From: Antedon mediterranea
Taxonomy: Eukaryota > Animalia > Echinodermata
Length of the DNA stretch: 64,000 bases
Direction of reading: 5' to 3'
Assembly (NCBI RefSeq): GCF_964355755.1
Contig: NC_092679.1
Span: 22,675,432 to 22,739,431, forward strand
Below the pieces are notes generated by a model. That model made no database searches. It saw nothing but the letters and a program-made list of their open reading frames with translations, and was not told where the DNA came from. The translations under genes and the position numbers were made by a program. Positions 12,927 through 30,900 of this stretch are shown piece by piece (positions within the stretch are counted from its first letter, which is position 1; every line of letters begins with the position of its first letter).

Positions 12927-14133
12927 TGTATATCAATAGTTCTAATCAATGAAATGTCATATCAGATTCAGATACGCAATGCATTGGGTGTAACATTAAG
13001 CTTTCATTTAGTCATTTCAAATCTCTTCAAAATTCTGACCACAAAAATAGAATAGGAAATTAGTTTCACATTTTGGGCATAATTGCGCCTTGACAATAGG
13101 GAGTTTTTAATTTCCATCAACTTTAGGTCCTACACATATTGTATCGCTAGTCATCGTATAACATGGAAATCTACCAAAACTGTGTCAACGAATTAAGTAT
13201 TAGGAAAGGCACATCGCAGTATGCGCACAATGGATAACCGTTAAATACGCTGCATTACAATCAGTAAATAGAACTGACTTAGTGAGCGCAATTGGACAGA
13301 GACAATTTTTGATTGAAAAACAATTCTATTATTCATGTACAGGAATATAAATACTTTAAATTCATTATGGAATTTTAGTAGAAGAAAGTAGAAATGTGAG
13401 AGATTTATAAGGAGTACATTGATAAAATGTGTTTTAAAATATGCATTTTTAAACAGAAAATTAAAGCGTACACATTTTGTCAGATATTATATACGCTTTC
13501 CTTTGCTGCGTTCATTGTGGTGTGTTCGATTCATGTTCCATACTCATTAATTTGTTTTAAGACGTCTTGAACACTCTTGATTCGGTTTTTATTGGCAGTA
13601 TATAACAGTGTAACATAGTATAACAAATTTAAAGTTCTGGGGACAAATCCGTGAGTAACTCATTAGTTAATCATTCCTACAAGTTTTAATGGTGGGGCTT
13701 TGGAGCCAGAGTTGAATGGTACACACTGAACCTGTAGGACTGTGTAGTGACCTTTCAGATATTAACACCGAATTTCATGAGAATTGTATACAAATCATGT
13801 AATGTTTCTTCTGCGAAAAAATCTTTTATCTGGCGGTGTTCAGTTTTCATAAATGCTAGACTGATTTTGAGTCTCTGGAGATTGAAAGCATGTTCCCGCC
13901 ATTAGTCAAAATGTAAATGGAACTTTCCTTTTTTCTAAAAAAATATGGCATTATGTTTGATGTATTTCTGTGTATTTATAATTTCAATGAATGTTATGTT
14001 GGCATTGGCAAACTGTACCCAGCCTTTGCTTGTAATTGAATGCTTTAGTACTTGTTTGTATAATAAATAATGTTACTTACAAGAGAATTTTACTGCATTT
14101 AAAAATTTCTTTTCATTTATTATTATGTGCATT

Positions 14134-14290
14134 TTAAAGAACCTAGTACATCGTTTGAACGAGTAAGGAGTTATCATAGGGTACTAGCTCACACAGCCAC
14201 GGTCATGGACAGCCTAAATATCGCCGTAGTCGATAGTCCACAGCGCATTGAGACATTGTTTGTGGAATGCGCTATATAAAAATATTGTTA
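14134..14290 (+). mobile_element. 5'-truncated Nin/Deu-type SINE (3' half)
   Basis: TTTAAAGAACCTAGTACATC core plus a CACAGCGC...GCGCTATATAAA tail like copy 1. Confidence 0.6.
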
Positions 14291-15091
14291 ATTGAAGCCT
14301 GTGCTTTAGCTCAACCCATTGAATAGAACAGTCAATATTTTGATTCAAAACAAAACAAACAAAAACCAAATACTTATTTGAAATAATATATTTAGATAAA
14401 CTATTACAGAACACTTTTGAGGTTATTTACAGAATAATTAAAAGTTAATAAAATGTGTGACCAACTGCATGTACTGCAGAAACCTTTTCTATAAATTAAA
14501 AAAATTAATGGTAGAAAAAGTGTTTGATATAGTCCCGTCACCAACCAAATAGTTGGAAAAACTAATTGTGAACATAATTATCATATTACCACAAGTCTGT
14601 AGTTATCGTTTATTTATTCATAGTATGCCACCAGACCAATTCAAGTATAGTTATGACACGCCATCATGTGTGCCAGAATGTTTTTTTATGAATGTTGAGC
14701 CAAGCGCTGCCTACAACAAAGACTAGTCTCGATTGTGTCCTATGTAAAATGCTTGGTACTGTGTCCTTATTCTCCCATGTGCGAAAAGAGTCCTACAACG
14801 TCCCTCGGTATAGTGGTAGGCACATAGAGGATTTATCTGACGTCGGATTATACTATAAACAGAGGACAAATATTCAAACCATACCATAACATTTATACAG
14901 GCATTCTTTCATATACATTACACAGTAATGAAGCATTTATTACATGCTTATCCATACATCAAGCCACTGGTGGTGTAAAGTTGCGTTAACACTGAGAGAG
15001 ACAAGAGATTGACTACCGATTAGTGATAGTACATACCATACATTGTTTTTTAGCCTGGAGTTTCCAGTATAAACTAGCCACACACTCTTAA

Positions 15092-17856
<2,765 letters not shown>

Positions 17857-18968
17857 TATCTCTCAGTATTATTATAATTTGTTTTTATTCACAAAAATAT
17901 TAGTTTTTAGATCCCTCTAACACCCACTTTGGGTAAAAACCACGTAAACAGTTCAGTTCACCACTGACAATTGAGTTGGTCAGTAGCATCGCGTCAACAC
18001 GTCTACAAATCCGTCATTAAATCTACATCGCGTTTTTAAATGACAGTACTGAATTTTGGAAAATAAAAATACAGCAAAGTCGCACATTTTTCAACTTTTT
18101 CAAATGTCAAATATCTACTGATTGGTGTTTTATCAAATTTCCAAAAACTAAAAAAATACGTAATTTTACTATAACTTTCATTGCATTTTTTATTTTAATT
18201 TCTAAATGTATCTTTTTTTTTTATTAGTATTCCCGTTATTATTGCTATATTTTTTTTGTGGATAATGTTTCAGAAACTAAGCATGCTAAGGGCCAAAAAG
18301 ATATACGACACTGCAGATTAAATTAATCTATAGGGCTTGTAAAATTGCATTAAAGAGTGACCGTATAAAGTGGTTATCCTAGGCTAGTTCTAGGGTGGAA
18401 ACTTTTCTAATATATTTATTTTAGGAAAATGTATATATCTAATGATCGTCCATTCGTAATTATTGTCCTATAGCGCCAAGTCTGAGCTTGATGACTCCAT
18501 TATTCCGAACGCTATATTAATTCTTCCCAACTTCAAATAAGATATTAATAGTTTACCAATTGTCTACTGAACGATTGGAACCGTTTAGATATTCTGTTAA
18601 TAATTTACGATATAATATTTAATTCATATCAATCTCAACGCGGTTTTCGGTTTACAAATTCCAACACGATCCTCGCGAGTACTCGAGTCAGTAGTACAGT
18701 ACAGTAGGCCTACTTATACTAACAATGTGACCCAAGAGAGAAAAGCAAAGCGTATAACTGTTGTCAAGGCAACCGGGGTAAATCATTGCCGTGTGAAACC
18801 AATGAAGAGGTCGAGCTATACACACACCCAAACAAAACAGTCCTTAGCCTATTCAGTACAATACAATAAAATACCATCACTGCCGCGGTGGCAATCAGTT
18901 AAAAGCTGCCTTTATTATCATCATTTATCTGTGTATTTGCCACTCTGTAGGCCTAAGCACAATGAATT
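17857..18968. promoter_or_regulatory. Divergent YIPF4/WDR64 promoter region with an RFX X-box-like motif
   Basis: 1.1 kb between head-to-head ATGs; GTTGTCAAGGCAAC at 18760-18773 and CCAAT near 18800, ~200 bp upstream of the WDR64 ATG; locally CpG-richer. Confidence 0.5.
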
Positions 18969-21900
18969 ATGAATCCAGTGAGCAAGGACTACACGGGCTT
19001 ACACCGACCGTACACAAGTAATACATTTAAAGTTAAATTAGGAAAGTTTGAGGATTTGATAGCTGACTTAACTCAGCAGGATAGTGAAGCCAGTGCGGAA
19101 GAACGAAGGCAGGTTATTAACAGTATGTATTGATTTTCATATATCAATGTCTTGACATTCAGTGCTGTAGATAATATATATGAGACTAAGTAGCATTAAG
19201 TTTCGTACATTTCCTGATACGCTTTTGTAATGAGACTACAATTAGACCCGTTCGTACGTGAAACTGATTAACATGATCGATACTAGACCATTAAAAATCA
19301 GTTACTGTAGGCCTAATGATTGTATTATTAATAGTGTTGTTGTCATATCCTATTACAAAATATATCATGGATATTAAAATGTCAAGGCCATGTATACCGA
19401 CAAAATTAATGTTTATTAATAAATCAAAATTTTAAATGACAAATCAACACATTATTCCTGATCCTATTAATTATTATTTTTGCTGTTGCTTTGTTGCTTT
19501 GTATGTTAGTGTTGTTCCTTTTCTTTTTCATTTTATCCTCTCGATTTTTCCCCTTAAATGTTACAAAACGAAGGAGATATGTAAAATTTCATGCGCATTA
19601 TAGCGATAAGCAAAACATAATTGAAATTCATTATTATATCACAGCACTTTGTGATTGGTGTGTGGGAGGGGGAAGTACTGGTATAGGATCAATGTTCCGA
19701 CCCTTTGTAGACACCAATCCTGAATCCGCTCATTAAGGGCATCGTTCATATTTCTCTTGTGCATCCATTCTACATATCATATTATTTATTTACAAATACA
19801 GAAACTCTTCGCTTTGATGCGTTTTGCGATTCTATTCGCTCCTTATTTGGACCTGATATAAAAAGTAATGACTTGAAAGCTATATTTAAGAAGATAAGTT
19901 CGAATCCTGACGCAAAAGTTGACTGGAGTGAGGTAAAGAATAACACTAAACTTTTTACATAATTTGGCTGACATTGTTTTATCTCGTATTGGAACAAATG
20001 TTTTCCCTCTGACGTAATTTCATTTCTCCAAATAATCAGAACTTATCTTGATTTTAGACAATTCGTGAGAGAAGGGAGATAGATATGTACTACTGTCAGA
20101 AGCTTCAGTTTTAACTAGTCCTAGTTAAAAAACAACTAGTATGATCCTACACAATAAGTTTTCCATCAGAACAATTCGGCCTAACATTTAATTCGGCAGT
20201 ATTATTTCGTTTCTCTCACGAATCTAGAATTGAGATAATGTTTATGATGGTTTGGAGAAATGAAGTTCACATTATTCCAAACACGACTATATCAATGTTT
20301 TAACATACGATATGTTAATTTTTAAATTTTGTTGATAAGAAATACTTGAAATTGGCGATCATCGGACGATCGTCTTATCCGACACCACCTCTACATTGAT
20401 AGTAACATGTTGACAAGACAGTAGATGATGCGGTGGATCGGATCTACTGATGTAAATTAGATTTTAATAAATATTGGTTTTGTAATATAATTTTGATTGG
20501 TATAAAAGGTAGAAAACAGTAGGATATTCACGTCGATTGTTGTGGCTAAGGTGTAAGGGCAGGAAACGATACGATACGATAACTTTTAAAGTAGACCTAC
20601 GATCGCCCGTTTTTATCCACAAGAATCTTAAATACGGATGGGTACTGTACCTATTTTTTCAGTTATTTGGATATTTTCAATCTGAAAATGAAGAAAATGA
20701 CCAACTATTGAGGGAAGAAGTTAGCGTGTTCACAGTTTCACAGAAGCAACGAATAGGAGAAGCGTCAGGTAAAGGCCTAAAAGTATTTTTTTAGTGCTAG
20801 TTCCGAATCATTTATCCTTTATGATAGGCATTAAATAGGCCTAGTAAACATAATGGTTATTATCTGTAACATTATCATAGTTTTTAAACCAGTGACGCAA
20901 ATTAAAAATAATCGTTTTGTCAGGATTTGAAAAGTTCATGTGCGCCCGCCCGCCGCGTGCATTGATGTATCGTCATCATTTAGGTGGTGGTGGTGGAAAG
21001 AAACACAGCCCGCCGTTCGAGTTTTGACAATTAATTTTGATCTGGAAAATTAACGCATGCGTACTCGTCGATCGGTGTTGTCGTATGCGATCCAATCATG
21101 TCATTGTCATTCTTTTTTCTTTATGATATAGGCGACAAGAAGAGACGTGATATAATACAGAGTGTGGTTCACAATGCTCAGCTTGATATTTACATAGCTG
21201 CCTCACAAAAGGGCGCACTTTCTGTCTGGAGTGGAAAGGTAATTTTATATAAGGTTGGCCTAATTAGGCCATTCTCATAATAAAAAGACTAAATCAAGGT
21301 ATTTGAAATGAATTAATATTTTCCGAAATATGTGACTCATTCTGCGTCCCATCAACACAAAATATATTTTTATTTCTTCCTTGTCCCACCATACCTAAAT
21401 CCTTATCTTTTGCTTAATTGCTATTGGTTACAATTTAACCAATAGTATTTCTTTATTTGGATATGTTGACACGTCCACCTGGAATCTGGATCAAAAAAAA
21501 AAATGCGCGGCGCGGCGACGATGTAAGAAGCAGCATGGCTAGAAAGAAAATCAATATGAAATACCGTAGGCCTACAAATTAAGAACACCGTAGTATATTT
21601 ATTTTTCGAAAGATAGAGATGAATTGGATACTTCATGGTAATTTATAGTTGAAATCGCTTGGGGAGTTTAGCTAGATTTAGGCCTATCGCGACGACATCA
21701 AAGAAAACCTAGCTCACCTCAGGCTGGGCCCAACTATTTTCCTCATCATGTATCCACTGCACAAATCGCGATCTACTGCTTGATGGTTGATTTGTTAGGC
21801 CTATCTAGCATGGTAGTTTAACTAAGTTTCAATGTCATTAATTATAGGCCTACCGACAGAGAGACCCATTCAAAGACAAATCAATAGGTAGATAATAGAT

Positions 21901-24900
21901 GTTGTGCAGTGTTATTTGGTGTTTACAGATTGTAATTAATCCTATTACCAAATATTTGATTGATTAAAAAAGAGAACAAATACAATGAGAGATTACAATA
22001 CAACCTTCCTTGCTTCTTAGGCTACAACTACATTGTGGACCCTGATTATATTATAGGAGAAACACTACTGGATGTTTAAATAATTGAACTTGGTGATACT
22101 ATTAGACAGTTTAGATTTAAAATGTAAGAAACAAAAAGAAGACCATCAAATCAAAGACAAACAACCTTTTTTTGTTAGAAATAGTACATTTACTAAAATG
22201 GTATAAATTAAGATTGGTATATTGTATAAAGTTAAAAAAATTATTTTTCTTTCAGAATTTGCGATTACAAGGATGTGCCGATATCAAAGTAGGTTTTATT
22301 TTACAAAAGTTTATGTATTAAATAATTTAATTTAAAAAAATATGTTTTTTTATATCTTTCAAATGTAATTTCCATTCAATGTTTATTTTTACTGATTTTA
22401 AATTCATTTTTGTGTTCTAGGAATCATCGTGGGTTACGGGTGTTGACTATCTGCCAGGTTTACGGAAAATTACTGTATCAACAGAAAGGAGCTTTGCATT
22501 ATGGGATTACAGAGCAAAAGGAAAGAATCAGGTAAGGAGACTGATTGGTCCGAACCATTTATTTTGTTATTTTCTACGGAAGTGATTAACTTTATTAAAG
22601 CTACAAAATAATCATCAGTATTCAAGTCTGATTTAATTAAAATTAATTTTTCATGTTTTTGGGAGACAATACATTTGTGTTTTTTATTTTCAGAACATTT
22701 TCTGTATAAAACCATTAGACAACTCAGTACAGTGCATGTGTTATGTACCGCATAGCAACAATCTCCATGAAGACAGCATTCTCTATGGTGATGACCTAGG
22801 TTACCTAAGTCTCATGACGATAGCTGCTAAAGATCTCAACACAAAAAACGCAAAAGTTGACAGAAAGAATGGAAATCTATTATTAGAACCTTCTGACCTA
22901 AGCTAGTGAGTATGCAAGTCTTGTATTTTGTGATAACGCACTGGGGTATTTCTTGCAATTTGATTGGTCAATTATGCATCACATGTCATTTGGAATTAGC
23001 GGAAAGGTAATATCTAATGGTGATAATTAACACTCTAATCTAATGCACTTTCATCTTTCTATGAACGTGTTAAGAATTTTTGCCATGCGACGTTGACTGA
23101 TCGTGTTCAGAAATCAACTTGTTGTGCCCGCCATTTATTTTTCTACTCGGCGTCTTAAGTTGTAGCATTGCCTCTTTAATAGCCTAGCATTTAATTGAAT
23201 TTTAAACATTTTGATTTCAAATTCTTTTCGTTTTATCCACAGCGCTGTATGTAAACGAAAGTTGCATGATAACTGGGTTTTAAAGGTAATGTATATTTTA
23301 AAACTATATCATCAACCACTATTAAGGAGAGAGAAAGTCTGTGTGCAATTCAGCCCAGTAGACTGCAAGTTGCAAGTTATTCCCCTTTCATTATTCAATA
23401 TAAAACAAAAATGATTTATAAGGGTTTTTTTTAGATAAAATATTTTCCTGAGCTACGATGTTTTGCATCTTGTTCTGCAAGTAGTACTACTTCTTTTATT
23501 CTGGAAGATGTCAACAGGTTGTATAACAATCAGTAAGTATTCTCTATTTATCTCTTTTGAACCCTGATCAATAAATAACCTCTAATTATAAGTATTGACC
23601 GTATTAAACATACATTGCCTTTAATAGGTGTCCCACTTTAAAATGCATTTTACTGTTTGAATTTTCAGACCCTGTCGTTCATTTGGAGTGCCAAAAGGCG
23701 TCAACTGTTTTGCGTACTGCGCCCGTGCCAACATCCTTACAACAGGAGGAAATGATAAGATTGTACGCATTTGGCACCCTCATATATTCTCTCGACCCAC
23801 CGGTAAAATGATCGGTCATCTGTTTACAATTATTGACATTGTTGTCAATGAGAAGGATCAACATGTTATTAGTTTATCAACTGCTAGGGTAAGTAGTCTT
23901 GTAATTAAGAATATTAAATCAAGTCAATAGTATCGTTTGTAGTTAAGATATAGGTACTACAAAGCACAGATATCATATCTGCATCTAGATTCAAGGCACT
24001 CCCAGTCGCACTTAATAGAACCCATCTTTCCAAAAAAAACTAGGGGTTCCCTTTTCGATCCCTGCCGTTTCAACTCGGGGTCACTGCGTCCAGTTCAATC
24101 ACTTCATTCGGTAACCACAATATTCTCACATTTAGGTACAGTAGTGGAGCTGTAGCTTGGTGGATAACAATGCCTCCAATCCCAAGGTCCAGTGTTCAAT
24201 CCTTACCAGGGTCATGAACTCCTCCTTTTTCATTTGCCTCAAATAATACTTAAGCTCCGTCTACTTTGTCAAACTAGTTTCGATAGTGTAGACCGAGCTC
24301 AAGTTTATAAGCATGATATAATTTATCCATTATTGTATTTGGCAAGTTATGAAATGGGGTACCAATATTATTCACATCATTACAAATTTTAGTTTCCAAA
24401 CAAGAGCTAGAAGTTTAAATGATGATATTGTTTTGATTTACAGGTTTTCAGAATATGGGATATTCATACTCTTACAAGTTTGCAAGTGTTTACTGATAAC
24501 GAAGAAAGACCAGGAGAGAAGAGAATCCATTGTATGTGGTTTGATGAAAAGCATGAAAGACTAATAACAGGTATGCTACAGTGTTTTTAGAGCCTATTTA
24601 TCTTGGAGAATTATTAGTAGTAGAAATAGGTTCCCTGTAAGTCATTGGATATTTTGACCTCTGGTCTTCACAAAAGCATATTTGAAAAAAGAGATTTATT
24701 TTATGTTGGCTAGGTTCAAGTGTTCTTGACCTTTGGCCTTTGACACGTACAGTTCAGGATACTATGCAAGTACCGCATACACATGACAGACCAGTGGTTC
24801 AAGTGCTTTATAACCAAGAACTTAGTCAAGTTGTGACAGTCTGCTCTGAGTCTATCATTAAAGTAAGTATGCTTAAATATGGTAGTGATATACCCAAATA

Positions 24901-27900
24901 TAGTAGTGATATACCCAAATATGGTAGTGATATGAAATCATCATGTCCATATATGGGCACATCGCATCACTTTTTTGTCACATAAAGTTTGATAGTTTCT
25001 ACAGAGCTTAAGATTTTCCGAGCCAAAAAACTATGTGTAAATTTTGATTTCAGGTTTGGGAGCTTGAGACTGGTAAATCAGTGTATTCTGTGCCTGATGC
25101 TCATGGCAGCAGCATTGAGATTACAGCAATAGCAGTTGATGCCTCTGGATATAGGCTGGTATCTGGTGCTGTTGATGGTAAGACAATTGACTACATTATT
25201 CACTACCAGAAACTTTTGTGAGATGATGAAAACATCTTTGGCATCCTTGATCTTGTAAATGAAAGCCCCTGTAAAACAATGCAATAGTTTTATTTTTTTT
25301 TTATTTTATTATTTTTTTATTTATTTATTTTTTATTTTATTTATTTCATGGATTACTTTTATTTGTATGTGAAGCGCACTTAAAATTCCAAATTTATTAT
25401 TATTATTATAATACTACCATGATAGTCCAGATCTTTATTACCAAGGAGAGGTGTGGGATTGTGTTTTTCTGAAAACCATTGTTACATTAATTATTTTGAT
25501 AGGGTCAATAAAAGTCTGGGACTTTGGAAGTGGTCAAGAAATTCGTATGTGGAATGCAGAAGAAGTGAATGAAGATGATAGCGCCATCGTTGGACTACAG
25601 TACTGCGATGTAAATGGTCGCCGTTGCATACTCGCCAGTGGATGGAACAACAGAATACGACTACTGGAGGTAGGCATTTAAAATTGGTGTATTCAGAATC
25701 ACATTTTTCAAATATGGATGTATCCTCAATCGACCAAACAAACACTTAGCTAGCATATTCTATAAACAATCGTCAAGTTGGTAAATTTAATACATTAACC
25801 AAATAGTGATCAATTTTATAAATACTCTTTGTTTAAAAAAAAAAAATTATTTAGTAAACATTTTTTTCTCATCACTACTATGTTGGCTGTCTAATTGTGT
25901 ATTACCTCCATGTTTGAAACACAATTTAATTTTGCAGGACAACCAAGAATGCAGAGAACTAACTGTTTATTTTGAATTTTCTGATCTTTATCATTCACCA
26001 ATATCTGAATGTGGAATCATCTCGGATTCATTTAACGAGTTTGCCAAATCAAGTCCGCTGCCATCCATCAGTAAAGCACAGATTACTAGTTTATGTAGAA
26101 AGGTAAGGTGTTATTCAGGGGTCATGTGAATCCACAGGGTATAATGCTAGGGGCACACGTTCCCACTTTTGACAGATACAATACAATTACTCTTTTGATA
26201 TCTAATTTTGATATTATACTTTAGCCCACCCCCATGAAAAATCATGTATCTGCCCCTGGTATTAAAATATACGAAAAATATCTTGTAATTACTAGAACAA
26301 TACAGAATTTTTTTTAAATAGCTAATGCCGTTTCAGCTGCTTAAAATGTCTTGTGAAATGTAAAAAATAGCTTTATTTTATACACAGTGGTTTTTATTCC
26401 AGAAATTTGTACTGTTGAGAATTTACTGTTGAAATCATGTTTTTTCTAGGATAATGTTCTGCTATCAAATGAGATGAGTTGTTTGGCATGTAACACACCT
26501 GATCATGTGATCACAGGTTGCATGAATGGGAATCTTATTTTATGGAACCTACCCGAAGGTACAGTGAACAAAATGTAAGTCAAATTAAAACTTCTCTTCT
26601 CAAATTCTTCCTTCATACATATAATATTAATGTTCTGGGACTAGAAGCAAAAGCTTGTCCACTGCCATCCTCTGATACAGTCATTGAATAGTGAGAATAT
26701 TTTAATGATTTAAAAGCCTGACTGTCCTACTATCTGCTCTACTTGTTAAATAGAACAGTCAATGTTTAAACTCTACCCATTTAACTTGTATAAACATTAT
26801 TTGTATGAAATAGACTGATAGTCCACTACTGTTTATACCTTCGTTCGAAACTGTCATTAATTGACTTGAAGACTATGTATTAGATGCTAAACTGCATATT
26901 AACAAATGTCGTATTAATGAAAGAGATAAATAAAGTGATCATTTCCGTAATTATCAAACAGATTTCACTTGTATGATGCACCGTCTGCCAATAAGAGCAG
27001 CCATCGATCAAAGAGTCTGTATCCACGTCAAGTTGCCATGGTGACATTCCTTGTCCACAAAACTAGACGTCCAGATCCAGCATATATTAAGTAAGTTTAG
27101 AATATTAATTTATACATTATTATATTGATTATATCTATACTTAAAATTATATTATTTATTAATAGTTACTTTACAGAAAATTAACAGAGTTTGTAACAAT
27201 TCCTATTCAGTAAATCATCTATACAGGTCAAGAGGTCATTGACCAAGATAGTGGTCAAATGGTAAAATTTATAATATTTTATATTACAGAAAGTTAACAG
27301 GGTTTGTAAATAATGAACTTCCTAATGTGGATGAAAATGAAAAATCCAGCAAGGAGGTTGTCAATAAAGATACAGGTCAAGTGGTCAATGACCCAGGTAC
27401 TGGTCAAGAGGTCATTGGTCAAGATACAAATAATCAACAGGTCAGTATGTACTCCTGTCTGAACCCCTGACTTGACATTGTTTGTGTTTTACTCTACAGG
27501 ATGTGACAAAAAAACGTGTCCATATATGAACATGATGATGTCATATGACTACCATATTTAAGCACATTACATTTTTTTGTCAAAATAGTTTAAAAGTGTA
27601 GACAGAGCTTTACAATTGTTAATGAATTCCACATTGTACTTTAAACTATACTTATTTGCTCTAAATTTTGTTTTACTCTACAGGATGAAAACAAAACTGT
27701 TAATGAATTTTCAGAAAAAGATGATGATACCAAATCAGAAGAACAAGGTATTTAATATTATTACTGTTGTTCCTTATTTATTTTTAACTATTAAATGTAA
27801 ATTATTGCATAACATTACGTTTTTACCAAGTCCATTTCGATAGTAGTTTTTCTAGGACACTAAAATTAAATTCTGTTTTAGAACACAATGAAATTGAGTC

Positions 27901-30900
27901 AAAGGTACCGGAAAGAAAAGAAAGATCTGAGAATGAAGATGATGCTCTAGTTAACAACGATGCTGTCTCTACAAGTTCTATTTGTAAGGAATTTGATGAG
28001 GACAATATTGATCCCAACAGCAAGATGATAGTGTCCTTCTTTGATCCGATAGTGGCATCATGCCACGCAGACGGATATATTCGATTTTGGAATGTGGAGG
28101 TAAACAAATGTATTTTTTTAAATCTGTCAGAACATTATTGATTAGTTTAATCAATGAATATGGTTTGAATAATCCATCGCTTGTGATTGGTCAAATCACT
28201 TACGTCCTTGCTTTGCATCCTCCGAGCTTAAACAAGAACATCATTAAATACATCTGAAGAATGCTAATAAATTATAATAATAAAATAATAAATATTTATA
28301 GATATTATTTTATAACCTACTTTGTAATGTTTGGGCTAGCAATAAGCTTGCATTCGGGCTAGTAACATCTAGAGCAGCAAATCTGCAGTGGCCTGTTATG
28401 TAAAAACCCTTTCATACATTATCTTTCCAGGGCGATCTGTTGCAGGAATGTATGTCAATTACAAAGAGACATGGTTCTGGTATCAGCTCTGTTTGCTCAG
28501 ATGAAGATTGTAACTTCTTAATTACAGGAGATTCTAGTAAGCCCACAAATAAATTGACATTTGGAAAACTAATTAACAGCTGACATCACTTAAGCTCTGT
28601 CTACACTATCAAACTATTTTGACAAGTGTGTTGTGCCCATATATGGTAGTAATATGATCAAATATGGTAGTGATGTGCCCTAAGATGGTAGTGAAATTAC
28701 ATCATCGTGTCCAAATATGGGCACATCACATTTTTTTTTTCAGATAAAGTTTGATAGTGTAGAAAAGTTTGTATCAATGAGTAAAACCCCTATAATGGAC
28801 ACCATCAGTAGTTGTACACCTACACTAATAAACAAAATTAGAAACAACATTTTATAGCAGTTTAAATTATGGAAAAAAGTTTCAAAAGCATGAAAAAAAA
28901 TCAAATCATTGAATTAAAATATTTATTTATGCATAATCAGTAAATTAAAAAAAGGTTTTATTGTAAAATATCATTAATCTCATTTTTTCATTTATATTAT
29001 CAAATTAATTATTTTTTTGGCAGAGGGTTACGTTACAATTTGGGATATAGAAGCCTTTCTGAAGAATCCTAAGTCAGAAGAAAATGTAAGCAATATTTTT
29101 TATTAAATTTAATTTAAATATATTTTAGAATGAAAATCAAAAATAAGATGAGAACAAAATGTTGAAAATGAGTGGTATATGTACAATATGTACATCATAT
29201 TATTGTTATAGGTTTTTGTATGAATATTGAAAACTTTTTGTTGACATGGATTAATAAGTATTAGAGAGATTTGTTCTGTAAACAATTTCTTTTTCTTTCT
29301 TTCATTTATTTGGCATCTCAATACATAACATTAAAAATACGTCAATAATATATATAATCACCTTAAATATTAAAATACATCAAAAAAGCAAATAAAAATG
29401 GCGGGATTAATGAGGTCTGACGATGCACGGGAAAACACATAAAGTCGTTTAAAGTAAAATGAACAACTTAATTCCAATGTGGTCCCTAAAAAGATAGTAA
29501 TTATTAATTATAACAATGCTTTGTTATATTTGCCGTTTACTTAATATTACAAATGATACATAACACTAAACACTGAACAATATGTACATCTTTAAGAGCT
29601 AGGTTATTGTATGAATATTAAAGACTGTTTGTTTAGATTAATAAGTATTAGAGAGATTTGTTCTGTAAACAATTAATGCTTGGTTATGTTTTCCGTTTGC
29701 TTAATACTACAAATGATGAATAATATACAAATAATGAATGTTTATGAGTGCAATGGTACAAATAATGGCACGAGGTGAATGATGAAAGGTTATATCAACG
29801 AGGCAAAGCCGAGTTGATATAACCTTTCATCATTCACCAAGTGCCATTATTTGTACCATTACACGAATACAAAACATTCATTATTTGTTTTATATAACAT
29901 CTAGACGTTTTTTTTTCGTACACAAAATTTTTCAAAAAGTACTATTTAACGATCGTTGAATAGTGCGTACTATTGCACGCCATGTGACCCACATTCGTCC
30001 AATCAAATGACAGGAATTTATATAGGTGTTATATAATACTGATTATTGAAGGACAATGGGAAGATGGTGTGTCACGTTATGATAATTAAACATATGGACA
30101 GAATAAAGAATGACTTTACTGATCAAAACCATAGTAATTACTGTTATTGTGATAAGGATGCACAATATGTCGTAATCAAGATCTTCTCGGTTGCCGCTGA
30201 TTGCATAAATGTATAATTCTGTTTCACGGTTATATCCGTATTGTTATTTAACATATGGATGTATAATGAGCAAAACAATATACATACTGATTGACTTTCT
30301 TTACAATACAATTCTCTTGTATTTACAGTACCACCAATATTGAGAAAATTACCTTACTTTGTCCTTGTATACTGCTTGTACAGTGCTTTGGTCTTTTTTT
30401 GGAAAAGCGCTTTATAAATCTATATAGTATAGTATAGTATTGTTTTCATTCATTTTAATAGTAACTGAGTATACATAGTATATTTTAGTAGTGACTTAAG
30501 GATTATTGGTGCTGGCCACAATTAGTCACAAATCAGTACAGGTTCAATACTTTCCTTGACCATTTAGTTTGGTGGTAGCCTTCAAGTCTACCTGGATTAA
30601 AACTTTAGTCTGGAGATCCATTGCACCTTTTCAAAAGAATAGAGATCCCTGGTGTACTGGATCCATATCAGCCCTGTTGTGGACAGAATGGCACACCATT
30701 TTTGGTGGTATTACTTGACTGACATGAAGGGACATTTTTAGAAGAGAGGAATCCCCACTGTGCTTTGAGGCAGTTCTTCCTAAACTCAATATAAGCATTA
30801 ACAAAAATGTATGTAATTTAAGACAACAAATTATTTCTTAATCAAAACAGTACTAAAACATAAATTGCATTTATGAGTATTTTCTATAGTGCGCCCTCTA

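Noticed and set aside
27032-27045. X-box GTTGCCATGGTGAC inside a WDR64 coding exon (similar motif at 5112-5125 in presenilin)
   Set aside because: Explained by codons (VAMVT / VVVVT); no independent regulatory evidence.
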